Source: an uncultured Pelagibacteraceae bacterium (lineage in GTDB: Bacteria; Pseudomonadota; Alphaproteobacteria; Pelagibacterales; AG-422-B15). From it: 64,000 nt of DNA. The notes under the pieces are model-generated. The model had not been told where the DNA came from and did no database searches. It saw only the letters and a program-made list of their open reading frames with translations. The stretch spans positions 48,567 through 112,566 of the forward strand of contig CABYDZ010000001.1 of assembly GCA_902517885.1 (NCBI GenBank). The letters are read 5' to 3'. A program made the translations under genes and the position numbers. Positions 1-10,970 of the stretch are shown here, piece by piece (position 1 is the first letter of the stretch; each line of letters starts with the position of its first letter).

Positions 1-1220
1 CAAAACCAGTCGATGACCATTATGAATTAAATGGTCAAAAAATATGGATTTCATTTGGTGAGCATGATCTTACAGAAAATATAATACACCTTGTTTTAGC
101 CCGAACACCCGATGCACCAGCGGGTATAAAGGGTATAAGTTTATTTTTAGTTCCAAAGAGACTAGATGATAATTCAAGAAACCCTATTTTTTGTGGTGGT
201 TTAGAACATAAGCTTGGAATCAATTCATCGCCTACCTGTGTCATGAATTTAGATAATGCTAAAGGATGGCTTGTGGGTGAAGAAAACAAAGGCATGGAAG
301 CAATGTTTCTAATGATGAATGATGCAAGACTCAAGGTTGGCTTACAAGCAATAGCTATGTCTGAAATTTCATATCAAAATGCATTAGAGTTTGCAAAAGA
401 ACGGAAGCAAATGAGATCAGTAGTAAAAGAAAAACAGGATCCTGATAGCAAAGCAGATAGTATAATTGTTCACCCTGACGTCAGACGAATGCTGATGAAT
501 GTTAAATCAACTACAGAGGCAATGAGAGCACTTTGTATATATACAGCTATGAAGATTGATCTTGCAGAAGATCATCCTGATGAGCAAGTGAGACAGGATG
601 CTGACGACTTTGCTGCTTTAATGACGCCAATAATAAAAGCTTATTGTACTGAAAAAGGTTTTATGAATTGCTCTGAAAGTCTTCAAGTTCTTGGAGGTAG
701 TGGCTTTACACAGGAATATCCTTTGGAGCAATATTTAAGAGACGTTAGGATTACGATGATTTATGAAGGAACAAATGGTATTCAAGCATTAGATTTAGTG
801 GGAAGAAAACTTACAATGCATAAAGGCAGAATGTTACAAAACTTCCAAAAAGAAGTTCAGAGTTTTTTAAATGAAAATAAAGATAATACAGAAATTGAAA
901 CTTTCATTAAGCCACTTGAAAATGCTTTAAAAGAAGTAACGACTTCAACAATGTGGTTAATGCAAAATGGAATGCAGGACCCTGAAAATGCATTATCTTC
1001 TGCAACAGATTATCTTAATTTAATGGCTTTATCATCTATGACTTATATGTGGGCAAGAATGGCCAAGTTCTCTATGGGTAAAAACGAGCCAATTCATAAA
1101 AACAAAATTAAAACTGGCACTTATTTTGTCGAAAAAATTATGCCAGAATTAATAATGTATTCAAAAAAAGTTCAGGCAGGAAAATCTTCTATGATGGACA
1201 TGGAAGTAGCAGAATTTTAA
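1..1220 (+). CDS. Acyl-CoA dehydrogenase, long DmdC/FadE-like family (5'-truncated by window)
   Basis: Frame is open from base 3 (LNGQKIWISFGEHDLTENIIHLVLARTPDAPAGIKGISLFLVPK) and continues into ORF 243..1220 with QVLGGSGFTQEYPLEQYLRDVRITMIYEGTNGIQALDL. Confidence 0.9.
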   Translation, partial: KPVDDHYELNGQKIWISFGEHDLTENIIHLVLARTPDAPAGIKGISLFLVPKRLDDNSRNPIFCGGLEHKLGINSSPTCVMNLDNAKGWLVGEENKGMEAMFLMMNDARLKVGLQAIAMSEISYQNALEFAKERKQMRSVVKEKQDPDSKADSIIVHPDVRRMLMNVKSTTEAMRALCIYTAMKIDLAEDHPDEQVRQDADDFAALMTPIIKAYCTEKGFMNCSESLQVLGGSGFTQEYPLEQYLRDVRITMIYEGTNGIQALDLVGRKLTMHKGRMLQNFQKEVQSFLNENKDNTEIETFIKPLENALKEVTTSTMWLMQNGMQDPENALSSATDYLNLMALSSMTYMWARMAKFSMGKNEPIHKNKIKTGTYFVEKIMPELIMYSKKVQAGKSSMMDMEVAEF

Positions 1221-2408
1221 TTAAGATTTGTATCCTAATTGTCTAGCAGCTAAATCATACATAATTTCTTCAGAACCACCACCAATAGCATTAACTCTTA
1301 CTTCTCTATAAATTCTCTCAACTTTACCAGGACCGCTGTTTGCTCTGAGGTATCCTGCGCCGCCAAGTATTTGCATTGCTTCTCGTGCACACAATTCCAT
1401 GGCCTTGCTTGCGTGAACTTTAAGCATAGCTAAGTCTGCAATAGGACTCTCTCCATTCATGACTCTCCAAGATAATAATTCAGTCCATGCTCGAGACGTT
1501 CTTACAACTCTATTCATTTCAACGAGTTTATGTTTAATAACTTGATTGTCGATGAGTGGCTTACCAAAAGTTTTTCTCTCTTTAGCCCATGCAACAGCTT
1601 CATCAATGCAAATTTGAGAATATGCATTCATTCCTGCAGCCATACCTAATCTTTCTTGACTAAAGTTACCCATCACCCCAATCCAACCACTATTTTCGCC
1701 ACCAATCAAATTTTCAACGGGAACTTTGCAATCATCAAAATATAGAACAGCAGTATCAGAACTTAGCCATCCCATTTTTTTAAGTGGAGTTTGAGTAAAG
1801 CCAGGAGTATCTTTTTCAATTACAAGTACAGAGATTCCTGAGGCTCCTTCGCCACCGGTTCTTACTCCTACAACAAAGGTGTCTGCTCTCATACCACTTG
1901 TAATGAACATTTTTGAACCGTTAACTACAAAATGGTCATCTTTTCTTACAGCTTTCGTTTTTAAGCTGGCTACATCTGAGCCTCCTGAAGGTTCTGTCAT
2001 TGCGAGGGCCGCTATTTTTTCTCCTTTAACAACAGGTGGAATAAACTTTTCTTTTTGCTCTTCAGTTCCAAGAGACTGAATCAAAGGAATTGCAATATTA
2101 TGAGAAAGTAGACTCGCAGAAACACCACCACACCCTTGAGCAAACTCTTCTGCAGTTACAATGCCGTGGAATATATCAATGCCTTCAGTAGTACCACCGT
2201 ATTTCTCATCATAACCCATGCCCATCAGACCAACTTCGGCGGCTTTTTTGTATAATTCTCTTGGGAATTCTCCTGCTTCTTCCCATTCCTCAACAAACGG
2301 CGCTATTTCTTTAGCTACAAACTTTCTAACTTCATCTCTCCAAGCGTGATGAGAGTCATTATAAAATAAAGGTTCTTTACCTTCTGCTATTCCAACTTTT
2401 GGTATCAT
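1221..2408 (-). CDS. Acyl-CoA dehydrogenase
   Basis: ALAMTEPSGGSDV, NGSKMFITSG, QILGGAGY and IGGGSEEIM motifs; start overlaps stop of upstream MaoC gene. Confidence 0.93.
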   Translation of the reverse strand: MIPKVGIAEGKEPLFYNDSHHAWRDEVRKFVAKEIAPFVEEWEEAGEFPRELYKKAAEVGLMGMGYDEKYGGTTEGIDIFHGIVTAEEFAQGCGGVSASLLSHNIAIPLIQSLGTEEQKEKFIPPVVKGEKIAALAMTEPSGGSDVASLKTKAVRKDDHFVVNGSKMFITSGMRADTFVVGVRTGGEGASGISVLVIEKDTPGFTQTPLKKMGWLSSDTAVLYFDDCKVPVENLIGGENSGWIGVMGNFSQERLGMAAGMNAYSQICIDEAVAWAKERKTFGKPLIDNQVIKHKLVEMNRVVRTSRAWTELLSWRVMNGESPIADLAMLKVHASKAMELCAREAMQILGGAGYLRANSGPGKVERIYREVRVNAIGGGSEEIMYDLAARQLGYKS

Positions 2409-3253
2409 GTTATTTCACTTACTCCATTCTTAATTACAATTTTGTCTCGCTCTTTTACTTTAGATTGATAGTAAACTTTACTGCCGTTCTTCCACATTTC
2501 AGTAACGATTGTTTCACCAGGATATACAGGGGATGAAAAACGGCAATCAAATTTTTTTAACCTTTTAGCATCACCTTCACATACACTTTCTACGAGTGAG
2601 CGGCAAGCTATACCATAAGTGCACATGCCATGAAGGATAGGTTTTTCAAATCCTGCAGTCTTTGCAAAATTAGGATCAGAGTGTAGCGGATTATAATCAC
2701 CTGAAAGTCTAAAAATCAAAGCTTGGTCAGGTTTAGTTTTAATTTCGTGAACAAAATCTGGACCACCTTCTGGTTTAAATATTTCACTCTTTGGAGATTC
2801 TGGACCTCCAAACCCTCCGTCACCTCTTGCAAATGTTGTACTTACAAGCTTACAGATTTCAGTATTATCTTTTTTTAGCTTGATTGTAGTCTCCACATCT
2901 ATGATTGCACCTTTGCCTGCACCTTTATCATAGCATCCTATTACCTTAGCATTAGAAATAAAATCTCCAGATACCGGCAGAGGATTTGAAAAAGACAGTT
3001 TTTGCTCACCATGCACTACTAAAATGAAATTTATGTTAGCTTTTAAAAGTAAAGGCGAATGATATTGGAAGTTTGTAGCCATTGAAGGTAAAGCAACTTG
3101 TGAGTTTTCATAAACATATTTTAACTCTGCCAGATTCATCGGATCATTACCCAGACCAACTCCAAGGCTATAGAGAATTGAATCCTTATCAGAGTAAGAA
3201 ATTTCAACATTCTCAGATGTCATAGACATTATTTCATCGTAATTAATAGGCAT
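2405..3253 (-). CDS. MaoC-family double hot-dog (R)-enoyl-CoA hydratase / 3-hydroxyacyl-CoA dehydratase
   Basis: RLSGDYNPLHSDP...GFEKPILHGMC hydratase-2 motif and VHGEQ. Confidence 0.9.
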   Translation of the reverse strand: MPINYDEIMSMTSENVEISYSDKDSILYSLGVGLGNDPMNLAELKYVYENSQVALPSMATNFQYHSPLLLKANINFILVVHGEQKLSFSNPLPVSGDFISNAKVIGCYDKGAGKGAIIDVETTIKLKKDNTEICKLVSTTFARGDGGFGGPESPKSEIFKPEGGPDFVHEIKTKPDQALIFRLSGDYNPLHSDPNFAKTAGFEKPILHGMCTYGIACRSLVESVCEGDAKRLKKFDCRFSSPVYPGETIVTEMWKNGSKVYYQSKVKERDKIVIKNGVSEIT

Positions 3254-3327
3254 TTTTTATGTATTTTAGTACGTTTTAAATATATATATAGTTTATATAG
3301 TTCAAATATTTAATGCGAGTAAAAAAT

Positions 3328-4182
3328 ATGTCTAAACCATTTGATGTCGAGATAAACAATTCCATAGCCCATATAAGGTTTAACAGGCCTGAGAAAAGAA
3401 ACTCAATGAATGAGGATTTTTGGAATTTATTTCCCAAAGAAGTTGAAGAATTAGATAGTAGTGGTGAAGTTAGAGCCTTGGTTGTTTCATCAACAGGCCC
3501 TCACTTTTCATCTGGCATAGATTTGAATATGTTTAAGGATGATGTAGTTGAAAACCAGAGTGAAAATGAACTTGGAAGAAGTAGAGGTTACTTCTTGCAA
3601 CAATTGCATTATTTACAGAACGCAGCTACTTGTTTGGAAACAGCTCGTTTCCCAGTCATCGCCGCTGTTCAAGGAGGATGTATAGGAGGAGGAATAGACT
3701 TAATAACTGCTGCCGATATTAGATTATGTACAAAAGATGCTTTCTTTTTAATAGAAGAAATTAATGTAGGGCTTGCTGCAGACATTGGCACCATTCAAAG
3801 ACTACCCAAAATCATTCCCGCTGGTATTGCGAGAGAATGGACAATGATGGGAGAAAAAGTTTCTGCAGATAGAGCAAAAGAGGTAGGGCTTGTAAGTTCA
3901 CTGCATGAAAATCATGAAGAAATGTTGGAAAGTGCATTTAAAATTGCCGAAAGACTTGCTTCTAAAACGCCTTTAGCCATGTGGGTTACTAAAGAAGTCC
4001 TTAATTATTCAAGAGATCATTCAGTGAAAGAAGGTTTAGAAAATGTTGCTTTATGGAATGCGGCAACTCTTCACAAAGAAGATGTCATGAATACCATGAT
4101 GGCAAAAATGCAAAAAAAAGATCCTGAATATAGGAACTTAAGGAATAAAAATTTTCTGAAACGTAAATCTGATAAGCAGTAA
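3328..4182 (+). CDS. Enoyl-CoA hydratase/isomerase (crotonase), dienoyl-CoA isomerase-like
   Basis: FNRPEKRNSM, FSSGIDL, GGCIGGGIDL, GLAADIGTIQRLP; second ATG (3328) preferred over 3313. Confidence 0.9.
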   Translation: MSKPFDVEINNSIAHIRFNRPEKRNSMNEDFWNLFPKEVEELDSSGEVRALVVSSTGPHFSSGIDLNMFKDDVVENQSENELGRSRGYFLQQLHYLQNAATCLETARFPVIAAVQGGCIGGGIDLITAADIRLCTKDAFFLIEEINVGLAADIGTIQRLPKIIPAGIAREWTMMGEKVSADRAKEVGLVSSLHENHEEMLESAFKIAERLASKTPLAMWVTKEVLNYSRDHSVKEGLENVALWNAATLHKEDVMNTMMAKMQKKDPEYRNLRNKNFLKRKSDKQ

Positions 4183-4201
4183 ATCAGATACAAAAAGTTA
4201 A

Positions 4202-5071
4202 ATGAGATTCAAAAAAGGAATTATTCTTGCTGCCGGTAAGGGAACTCGTCTGTTTCCAACAACCGAAGCGACACCAAAGCCCTTATTGCCCCTATATGAT
4301 AAGCCATTACTTTACTACGCGCTGTCCAATTTAATGAGTGCGGGTATTAAGGAAGTATTATTTATTTCACGTAAACAGGATATGCAGATTTTTAAAAAAC
4401 TCTTTGGCACAGGAAGTCAGTTAGGCATGCGTTTGAAATATACCTTTCAGACAAAGCCCAAGGGCATACCTGACGCAATAAATGTTGCCAATAAATTTAT
4501 TGCCAATCAGCCATTTGTCTTAGCCTTGGCGGACAATCTTTTTATTGGAGAGAGTTTTCAAAAAACGTTAAAGCAAGTGCAATCCATAAAATCGGGAGCA
4601 GTAGTTTTAGCTGTAAAAACAAAGTATCCTTCAAAATCTGCTGTAATTGATCTGGGGAAAAAAGGGAAAATCAAATCAATTATTGAAAAACCAAAGAAAC
4701 CTAAAAGTAATTTAACGATACCGGGATTATATTTTTATGACTCAGCTTCTATACCAGTAGTTAAGAAACTCAGACCTTCCAAAAGAGGAGAGCTTGAAAT
4801 AGTTGATGTACATCTTGCGTATTTAGAAAAACAACTACTAAAAGTATTCTCACTCAAAAAAGATATAAAATGGTTTGATACAGGTGATGCTGAGGAAATG
4901 CTTGAGGCTTCCAATTATGTTCATAGATATCAAAAAAATAAGAAAACTCTAGTGGGTTCAATTGAATTAGTTGCCTTAAAAAATGGCTGGATCTCAAAAA
5001 ATAAATTCAAATTAATGATTAGCAAATATTCAAATTCACAATACAAAAAAAATCTTCAAAAATTCTGTTAA
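4202..5071 (+). CDS. rfbA: Glucose-1-phosphate thymidylyltransferase-like nucleotidyltransferase
   Basis: GIILAAGKGTRLFP, PKPLLPLYDKP, RPSKRGELEI, WFDTG. Confidence 0.85.
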   Translation: MRFKKGIILAAGKGTRLFPTTEATPKPLLPLYDKPLLYYALSNLMSAGIKEVLFISRKQDMQIFKKLFGTGSQLGMRLKYTFQTKPKGIPDAINVANKFIANQPFVLALADNLFIGESFQKTLKQVQSIKSGAVVLAVKTKYPSKSAVIDLGKKGKIKSIIEKPKKPKSNLTIPGLYFYDSASIPVVKKLRPSKRGELEIVDVHLAYLEKQLLKVFSLKKDIKWFDTGDAEEMLEASNYVHRYQKNKKTLVGSIELVALKNGWISKNKFKLMISKYSNSQYKKNLQKFC

Positions 5072-5073
5072 TA

Positions 5074-5571
5074 ATGAATCGAGAAGATTTAATTGGCTTA
5101 CTTAATAAGAAATCTATTCGATTTAAGTTAACTGAACATAAACCATTATTCACAGTTGAGGACTCAAAAAATTTAAGAGGTCAGATCGAAGGAGCTCATT
5201 CAAAGAATCTCTTCTTAAAGGATAAAAAAGATAATTTTTATTTAGTTAGCTTTATAGAAGATATTGTTGCTGATCTAAAGAAAGTCGCAATCCAACTAGA
5301 TTCAAAGAAACTATCATTTGCAAGAGGAGAATATCTTATGCAATATTTAGGTATTAAGCCAGGATCTGTATCTCCATTTGGATTAATTAATGATAATGAA
5401 AAAAAAGTTAAATTCTTCTTTGACTCAGAATTTATGAACTTTGATATAGTTAATTTTCATCCGTTAGTTAATACTGCAACAGTTTCAATTGCACCAAGTG
5501 ATCTGATTAATCTTATTGAAGAGCATCATTCAAAAGTAGAATTTATTAATATGCGTCAATTTCAAAAATAA
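5074..5571 (+). CDS. YbaK/ProX-family aminoacyl-tRNA editing (deacylase) protein
   Basis: KNLFLKDKK, LGIKPGSVSPFGL, NFHPLVNTAT. Confidence 0.88.
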   Translation: MNREDLIGLLNKKSIRFKLTEHKPLFTVEDSKNLRGQIEGAHSKNLFLKDKKDNFYLVSFIEDIVADLKKVAIQLDSKKLSFARGEYLMQYLGIKPGSVSPFGLINDNEKKVKFFFDSEFMNFDIVNFHPLVNTATVSIAPSDLINLIEEHHSKVEFINMRQFQK

Positions 5572-5572
5572 A

Positions 5573-6100
5573 ATGAAAAAAGCAAAATTCATTAAAACAA
5601 AAAAAAGTATTGATACGAGTGTATTTAAACTTCAGCTTGACGAAGTCATTTGGGTAAATGGTAGAAGAGCTACAAGAGATGTTATCCGTCATAATGGGAT
5701 AACAGCTATAGTGCCAATTATAGAAAAGAAATATATTATCTTAATTAAGCAGTACAGGTATGGAGCTGACAAAATCATGTTAGAAGTACCAGCAGGAACA
5801 ATTGACTCTGGTGAAAAACCATTACAGTGTGCAAAACGTGAATTGACTGAAGAAACTGGTTATCATGGGAAGCAATGGAGACTTATAGGTAAATACTTTC
5901 CTACTCCAGCTTACAACACATGTATTATTCATTCATATTTAACACATTGTTATAAACAAACAGAGACAAATTATGACGAAGACGAAGTTCTAGAAACAAA
6001 AATCTTCTCAGTAAGTGAAATTAAAAAAATGTTAAGGAACAATAAGTTTTCTGATATTAAAACCTATATAAGCCTAGAGAGATTTATTAAATATTATTGA
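5573..6100 (+). CDS. NUDIX hydrolase, ADP-ribose pyrophosphatase-like
   Basis: Nudix box PAGTIDSGEKPLQCAKRELTEETG and QYRY motif. Confidence 0.88.
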   Translation: MKKAKFIKTKKSIDTSVFKLQLDEVIWVNGRRATRDVIRHNGITAIVPIIEKKYIILIKQYRYGADKIMLEVPAGTIDSGEKPLQCAKRELTEETGYHGKQWRLIGKYFPTPAYNTCIIHSYLTHCYKQTETNYDEDEVLETKIFSVSEIKKMLRNNKFSDIKTYISLERFIKYY

Positions 6101-6531
6101 TTTAGTATTTTCCAGATTCCCGAAGCTGACAAAATAATTTTATCTTTTGAAATCAAGTTTCCTTCTACGAATACAAGCGATTTTGTTGTCTTCGTAACTT
6201 TTCCATCACACTCAATAATGTCATCTTGAAGACCTGGGCTTACAAAATTACAGTTTAAAGAGATAGTACTGCAAGGTTTCTTTCCACAAGCAGTAAACAC
6301 CATTGATCCTAAAAAAATATCTGCTAATGACATTGAGTATCCACCATGCGCAATTCCATGAGCATTCAAATGCTTATCTAAAATTTTTGTAATGAATTTA
6401 AAGTTTCCATCATTTTCTTTTTTGAAATACATAGGGCCAATGAGTACATCAAAACCTGCATGCCATCCAAGTTTTTTATAACCTTCAGGAACCCAGTTAG
6501 GAAGAGACGTTTCTGTTTTAAGCATTACCAT
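6094..6531 (-). CDS. PaaI-family hot-dog thioesterase
   Basis: HLNAHGIAHGG...LAD motif; start uncertain (ORF extends to 6588). Confidence 0.85.
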   Translation of the reverse strand: MVMLKTETSLPNWVPEGYKKLGWHAGFDVLIGPMYFKKENDGNFKFITKILDKHLNAHGIAHGGYSMSLADIFLGSMVFTACGKKPCSTISLNCNFVSPGLQDDIIECDGKVTKTTKSLVFVEGNLISKDKIILSASGIWKILNQ

Positions 6532-6720
6532 TTTAGAATCGTATATTTTTAGAATGCGATTCTTAGCCTCGTAATTAAATATGGTCAAGCTTTATAAAGA
6601 AATTTATATGCCAAAATTTGAGGGTATTTTTAATATCTGTAGATATATTAAATTTTAACTTTTTTTTTCATATAAAAAGTTTATGTTACATTTTTTTAAT
6701 ATTTTCAGGGAAATATCGGT

Positions 6721-7902
6721 ATGAGAGAAGCTGCAATAATATCAACTGCTAGAACTGGTTTAGCAAAAGCTATGCGTGGAGGATTTAATAAAACTCATGG
6801 AATTACAATGGGTGGTCATACTGTAAAACATGCAATTGAACGAGCAGGAATTGAGTCTGGTGAAGTAGAAGATATTATATTTGGTTGTGGGCAACCTGAA
6901 GCTGCAACTGGTCATAACATTGGAAGAAACGTAGCGATAGCTGGTGGATGCCCTGTTACTGTTCCTGGTACAACAATCAATAGATTCTGCTCATCAGGAC
7001 TTCAGAGTATTGCTGTTGCAGCACAAAGAATTATTGTTGATGGCATTAAAGTTGCAATAGGCGGCGGTGTTGAGTCAATTTCAATGACACAGCAGAACTT
7101 AAATATGAAACATTTGATCGAGCCTGAATTACAAAAAATATGTCCTGCTTTATGGATGCCAATGATTAATACAGCAGACATTGTTGCTGATAGATACAAA
7201 GTAAGCAGAGAACAGCAGGATGAGTACTCGCTTCAAAGTCAACAGCGTACAGCTGAAGCACAAAGCGCTGGAAAATTTGCTGATGAAATCGTTCCTTTGA
7301 AAACAAAAATGGACGTGATGAACAAAGAAACAAAGGAAGTTACTGAGCAAGAGGTAACAGTTGATAAGGATGAGTGTAATAGACCACAAACAACATTGGA
7401 AAGTTTAGCTGGATTAATGCCTGTCATGGGACCTGAGAAATATGTGACTGCAGGAAATGCAAGTCAGTTATCTGATGGAGCATCATCATGTGTCTTAATG
7501 GATTTGAAAGAAGCAGAAAAAAGAAATATTGAACCAATGGGAATTTTTAGAGGATTGTCCGTTGCAGCGTGCGAGCCTGATGAAATGGGAATTGGCCCAG
7601 TTTTTGCTGTACCGAAATTGTTAGATCAACACGGCTTATCCGTAGATGATATTGACATTTGGGAACTAAATGAAGCTTTTGCTGTTCAAGTCTTATATTG
7701 CCGTGATAAACTTGGTATAGATAATGACAAGTTGAATGTTAATGGTGGTTCAATTTCAATTGGACACCCATACGGTATGACAGGCTCACGTATGACTGGT
7801 CATATTTTAATAGAGGGTAAAAGAAGAAAAGCAAAATACGGTGTTGTCACTATGTGTGTCGGTGGCGGAATGGGAGCAGCAGGACTTTTTGAGATTTTAT
7901 GA
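6721..7902 (+). CDS. Acetyl-CoA C-acyltransferase (thiolase)
   Basis: NRFCSSG catalytic Cys, NEAF, GHPYG, CVGGGMG. Confidence 0.95.
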   Translation: MREAAIISTARTGLAKAMRGGFNKTHGITMGGHTVKHAIERAGIESGEVEDIIFGCGQPEAATGHNIGRNVAIAGGCPVTVPGTTINRFCSSGLQSIAVAAQRIIVDGIKVAIGGGVESISMTQQNLNMKHLIEPELQKICPALWMPMINTADIVADRYKVSREQQDEYSLQSQQRTAEAQSAGKFADEIVPLKTKMDVMNKETKEVTEQEVTVDKDECNRPQTTLESLAGLMPVMGPEKYVTAGNASQLSDGASSCVLMDLKEAEKRNIEPMGIFRGLSVAACEPDEMGIGPVFAVPKLLDQHGLSVDDIDIWELNEAFAVQVLYCRDKLGIDNDKLNVNGGSISIGHPYGMTGSRMTGHILIEGKRRKAKYGVVTMCVGGGMGAAGLFEIL

Positions 7903-8270
7903 TTGATGTTATTAAATATATTGAGAAAATTGCTTTAGTAATTATTATTTTTGCGACTGTCATTGCTATTGGCTACGAGATTTATGCAATGTATGAGAAA
8001 TCACTTGTTGAGTTAGCTGATCTATTGTTACTTTTTATTTATTTAGAAGTCATTCAAATGATCAGAGAGTATTGGACGCTCAATAGGATCAGAATAAGTA
8101 TTCCATTATTTATTGCAATCACTGCGGTAGCTAGATTAATCATACTTCAGGGTAAAACAATGGATCCAAGTATGTTGCTATATGAGGGTGGCGCAATATT
8201 GCTTATAGCAATTGCAGTGCTTATTCTTAAAGCAAGAAAACTAAAGATGTTTTCTGATGTTGACGACTAA
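7899..8270 (+). CDS. PsiE-family membrane protein
   Basis: Four hydrophobic helices; [10 protein letters not shown] and [12 protein letters not shown] motifs. Confidence 0.8.
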   Translation: MIDVIKYIEKIALVIIIFATVIAIGYEIYAMYEKSLVELADLLLLFIYLEVIQMIREYWTLNRIRISIPLFIAITAVARLIILQGKTMDPSMLLYEGGAILLIAIAVLILKARKLKMFSDVDD

Positions 8271-8688
8271 AATATTTAACTATTTACAAATATTAATTTT
8301 TTCCTTCCTAATTCAGAATGGGGCATATGCCATTACTGCATCAGATGAAGAAGAAATAATATCAGTAGTAAATGCACAACTGCAGGCATTTCAAGATGAC
8401 GATTTTGAAAAAGCTTATTCATATGCTTCTCCTACAATTAAAACCATTTTTTCTGATTATAAAAAGTTTAGAGATATGGTGGTGGGTCAGTACCAAGCAG
8501 TGTATAGGCCAAAAAGTATAAATTTTGGAAACGTTACAACGCAAGGGGGAATGACTTTTCTTGAGGTGTATTTAGTTGATCCAGATGGCATATTTGTAAC
8601 TGCAATTTATACGATGCAACAGCAAGACGATGATAGTTGGCTTATTAATGGTTGTTTTCTCAATCAAGCTAAAAGTGATCAGATTTAA
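8257..8688 (+). CDS. DUF4864-like exported protein
   Basis: Signal peptide; QLQAFQDDDFEKAYSYASP...FRDMV...WLINGC pattern. Confidence 0.7.
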   Translation: MLTTKIFNYLQILIFSFLIQNGAYAITASDEEEIISVVNAQLQAFQDDDFEKAYSYASPTIKTIFSDYKKFRDMVVGQYQAVYRPKSINFGNVTTQGGMTFLEVYLVDPDGIFVTAIYTMQQQDDDSWLINGCFLNQAKSDQI

Positions 8689-9933
8689 TTATGAAGATTT
8701 TTCTATAATCTCTTGATAAAATTTTAGACTTTCTTTACTTTTCCTCGCAAGAGTTTCTCTGTCAACCTCAATGAGGCCAAATCTTGGTTTATATCCATAC
8801 AACCACTCGAAATTGTCTAGAAATGACCAATAGTAATAACCTCTGATATCGAGACCATCATCAATACACCGCTGAAGACCCTCTAATGCTGTTTTGACAT
8901 AGCTTATTCTTTGTTCATCGTCATCAGTACCAATTCCATTTTCAGTAACAATCATAGGACAGTTAATTTTTGGAGCTACATACCTCAACACATTCTCAAG
9001 TGACTCTGGATAATACTCATATCCCATCACGAGCATAGTTGAATCATTTGTATTAGGTTTTACAATTCCCTCTGGGCCATATGTATGACGTGTGTATGTT
9101 TGTATGCCTATAAAGTCATCATTTTTTACCTGATCTAGGCATATATCTACAGACTCAGCATGAGCCTTATCTTTCATTTCTTCTCCACCATCAATACATT
9201 GGTAATCCATAATTGAAAGCGTGATGCCAACTGGCTGATTATGATCTAAATTACCTTTGATAACTGGAAAAGATTTTACGTGAGCTTCCATCATACAATC
9301 TCTTATTTTAAATGGATGCCCAAACAAAAAAGGTCCAAAGTTCTCAAGGTTTGATCCGCATGATTTTGCCGCTTCACCAACAAAAGGCATAATTGTTTTC
9401 ATTCCACCCTCTGGGTAACTAGGAAAACTATGAGCAAAACAAGAAGTTAGGTTTGCCTCATTAATTGTACATACTGTATCCATGTAATCATCCAATTCTT
9501 TTGACACTTTTTCTGAGTATCTTACAAATAAATCAACATTATCTTGATTTTCCCAACCGCCCCTTGCAGTAAACCACAGTGGTGACGTAAAGTGTTGCAA
9601 GGTTACACAGGTTTTCAAACCTTTCTCTCGACAATAATCTAGAACCTTTTTGTAGTGATCAATCGCTTCTTGAGAAAATTCACCTTCACTGGCTTCAATT
9701 CGAGCCCATTCAACTGATAAGCGATAGGCTTGGATGGAATGATCAGCCATAATGTCAATATCCTCTTCATACCTATTCCATTGATCGCAAGCAATACCCG
9801 AAGGTTCTGCAAATGTTGTATCTTTAGTATGTTCTAAGTGCCAAAAATCTGAGTTGGTGTTATTTCCTTCAACTTGGTGTGCCGCAGTTGCAGTGCCCCA
9901 TATAAAATCTTTAGGTAGATTTTTTAAAATCAT
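8689..9933 (-). CDS. Glycoside hydrolase family 1 (beta-glucosidase/beta-galactosidase)
   Basis: FIWGTATAAHQVEG, YRLSVEWARI, TINEA (acid/base), VTENG (nucleophile), WSFLDNFEW. Confidence 0.92.
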   Translation of the reverse strand: MILKNLPKDFIWGTATAAHQVEGNNTNSDFWHLEHTKDTTFAEPSGIACDQWNRYEEDIDIMADHSIQAYRLSVEWARIEASEGEFSQEAIDHYKKVLDYCREKGLKTCVTLQHFTSPLWFTARGGWENQDNVDLFVRYSEKVSKELDDYMDTVCTINEANLTSCFAHSFPSYPEGGMKTIMPFVGEAAKSCGSNLENFGPFLFGHPFKIRDCMMEAHVKSFPVIKGNLDHNQPVGITLSIMDYQCIDGGEEMKDKAHAESVDICLDQVKNDDFIGIQTYTRHTYGPEGIVKPNTNDSTMLVMGYEYYPESLENVLRYVAPKINCPMIVTENGIGTDDDEQRISYVKTALEGLQRCIDDGLDIRGYYYWSFLDNFEWLYGYKPRFGLIEVDRETLARKSKESLKFYQEIIEKSS

Positions 9934-10961
9934 ATGAATTTTGCCTTATTATAATTCTCTAATATCATTTTTTTGAGTTCTTCTACTTTATCATTTTTCA
10001 CCAGCGTTACAACAGCGCCTCCAAAACCAGCTCCTGTCAACTTTGACCCTAATGCTCCAAAAGAATTAGACAGACTTACTAATTTATTCAATTCATCAGT
10101 TGAAACACCATAATATTTTGAGAGAGACAAGTGACTTTCTGTCATCAGTTTTCCAAATTCATTAGGGTTATCATCTTTTAGGAATTGTACAGCTTTTTTT
10201 ACCCTTACATTTTCTTCTACTACATGCTTACACACTTTAAATTCTTCATCAGATAATATTTCAATATCTTCTTTGCTTATAATTTCTTTTTCACATAGGT
10301 TATTTAAATTCATTTTCTTAGATGCGCTAAGGCACAACTCTTTTTTTTGATTAAACTCGCTGCTTGATAAAATTCTTTGTGTATTACTGTCAATAATAAG
10401 AAAATTATAATCTTCAAATATATTAATTAATTCATAAGATTTATTTAGAGTATTTAGGTATAAAGCTTGATTGTGATTGCCTAATACAGATACAAATTGA
10501 TCCATAATACCACCACCAACTCCGACAAAATTATTTTCGATGTCGTATGCTAAATTGATAAGTTCATCATCAGACATATCTTTTTTATAATAATTGCCTA
10601 GAGCCTTTAAAGTGCTAACTGTTATGGCAGCTGAGGACGAGAGACCAATTCCTAGTGGAAGGTGGCTTCTTATATTAAAAGATAGTTTTTTGATTACTAT
10701 TGAATATTTCTTTCCAAAAAATAAACATGAGCCAATAACAAAATCTGCCCAATCACCTCTTTTTTCTAGTTTTTCAATTGATAATTTTTTATGATATTTG
10801 TCTGAGACTATCGAAATGCATTCAATTTCTGGGTTCTCACTTAATTCACAGATTATTGAGTTTTTTATCTGTAAAGGTAATACACATCCTCCGTTATAAT
10901 CTAAATGTTCACCAATTAAGTTTACTCTCCCGTAGCCTTCACCAACTGAGATCGCTTTCAT
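9930..10961 (-). CDS. galK: Galactokinase
   Basis: GRVNLIGEHLDYN signature, PLGIGLSSSAA GHMP motif, GIMDQF, KLTGAGFGG. Confidence 0.92.
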   Translation of the reverse strand: MKAISVGEGYGRVNLIGEHLDYNGGCVLPLQIKNSIICELSENPEIECISIVSDKYHKKLSIEKLEKRGDWADFVIGSCLFFGKKYSIVIKKLSFNIRSHLPLGIGLSSSAAITVSTLKALGNYYKKDMSDDELINLAYDIENNFVGVGGGIMDQFVSVLGNHNQALYLNTLNKSYELINIFEDYNFLIIDSNTQRILSSSEFNQKKELCLSASKKMNLNNLCEKEIISKEDIEILSDEEFKVCKHVVEENVRVKKAVQFLKDDNPNEFGKLMTESHLSLSKYYGVSTDELNKLVSLSNSFGALGSKLTGAGFGGAVVTLVKNDKVEELKKMILENYNKAKFI

Positions 10962-10970
10962 AATTCGATC

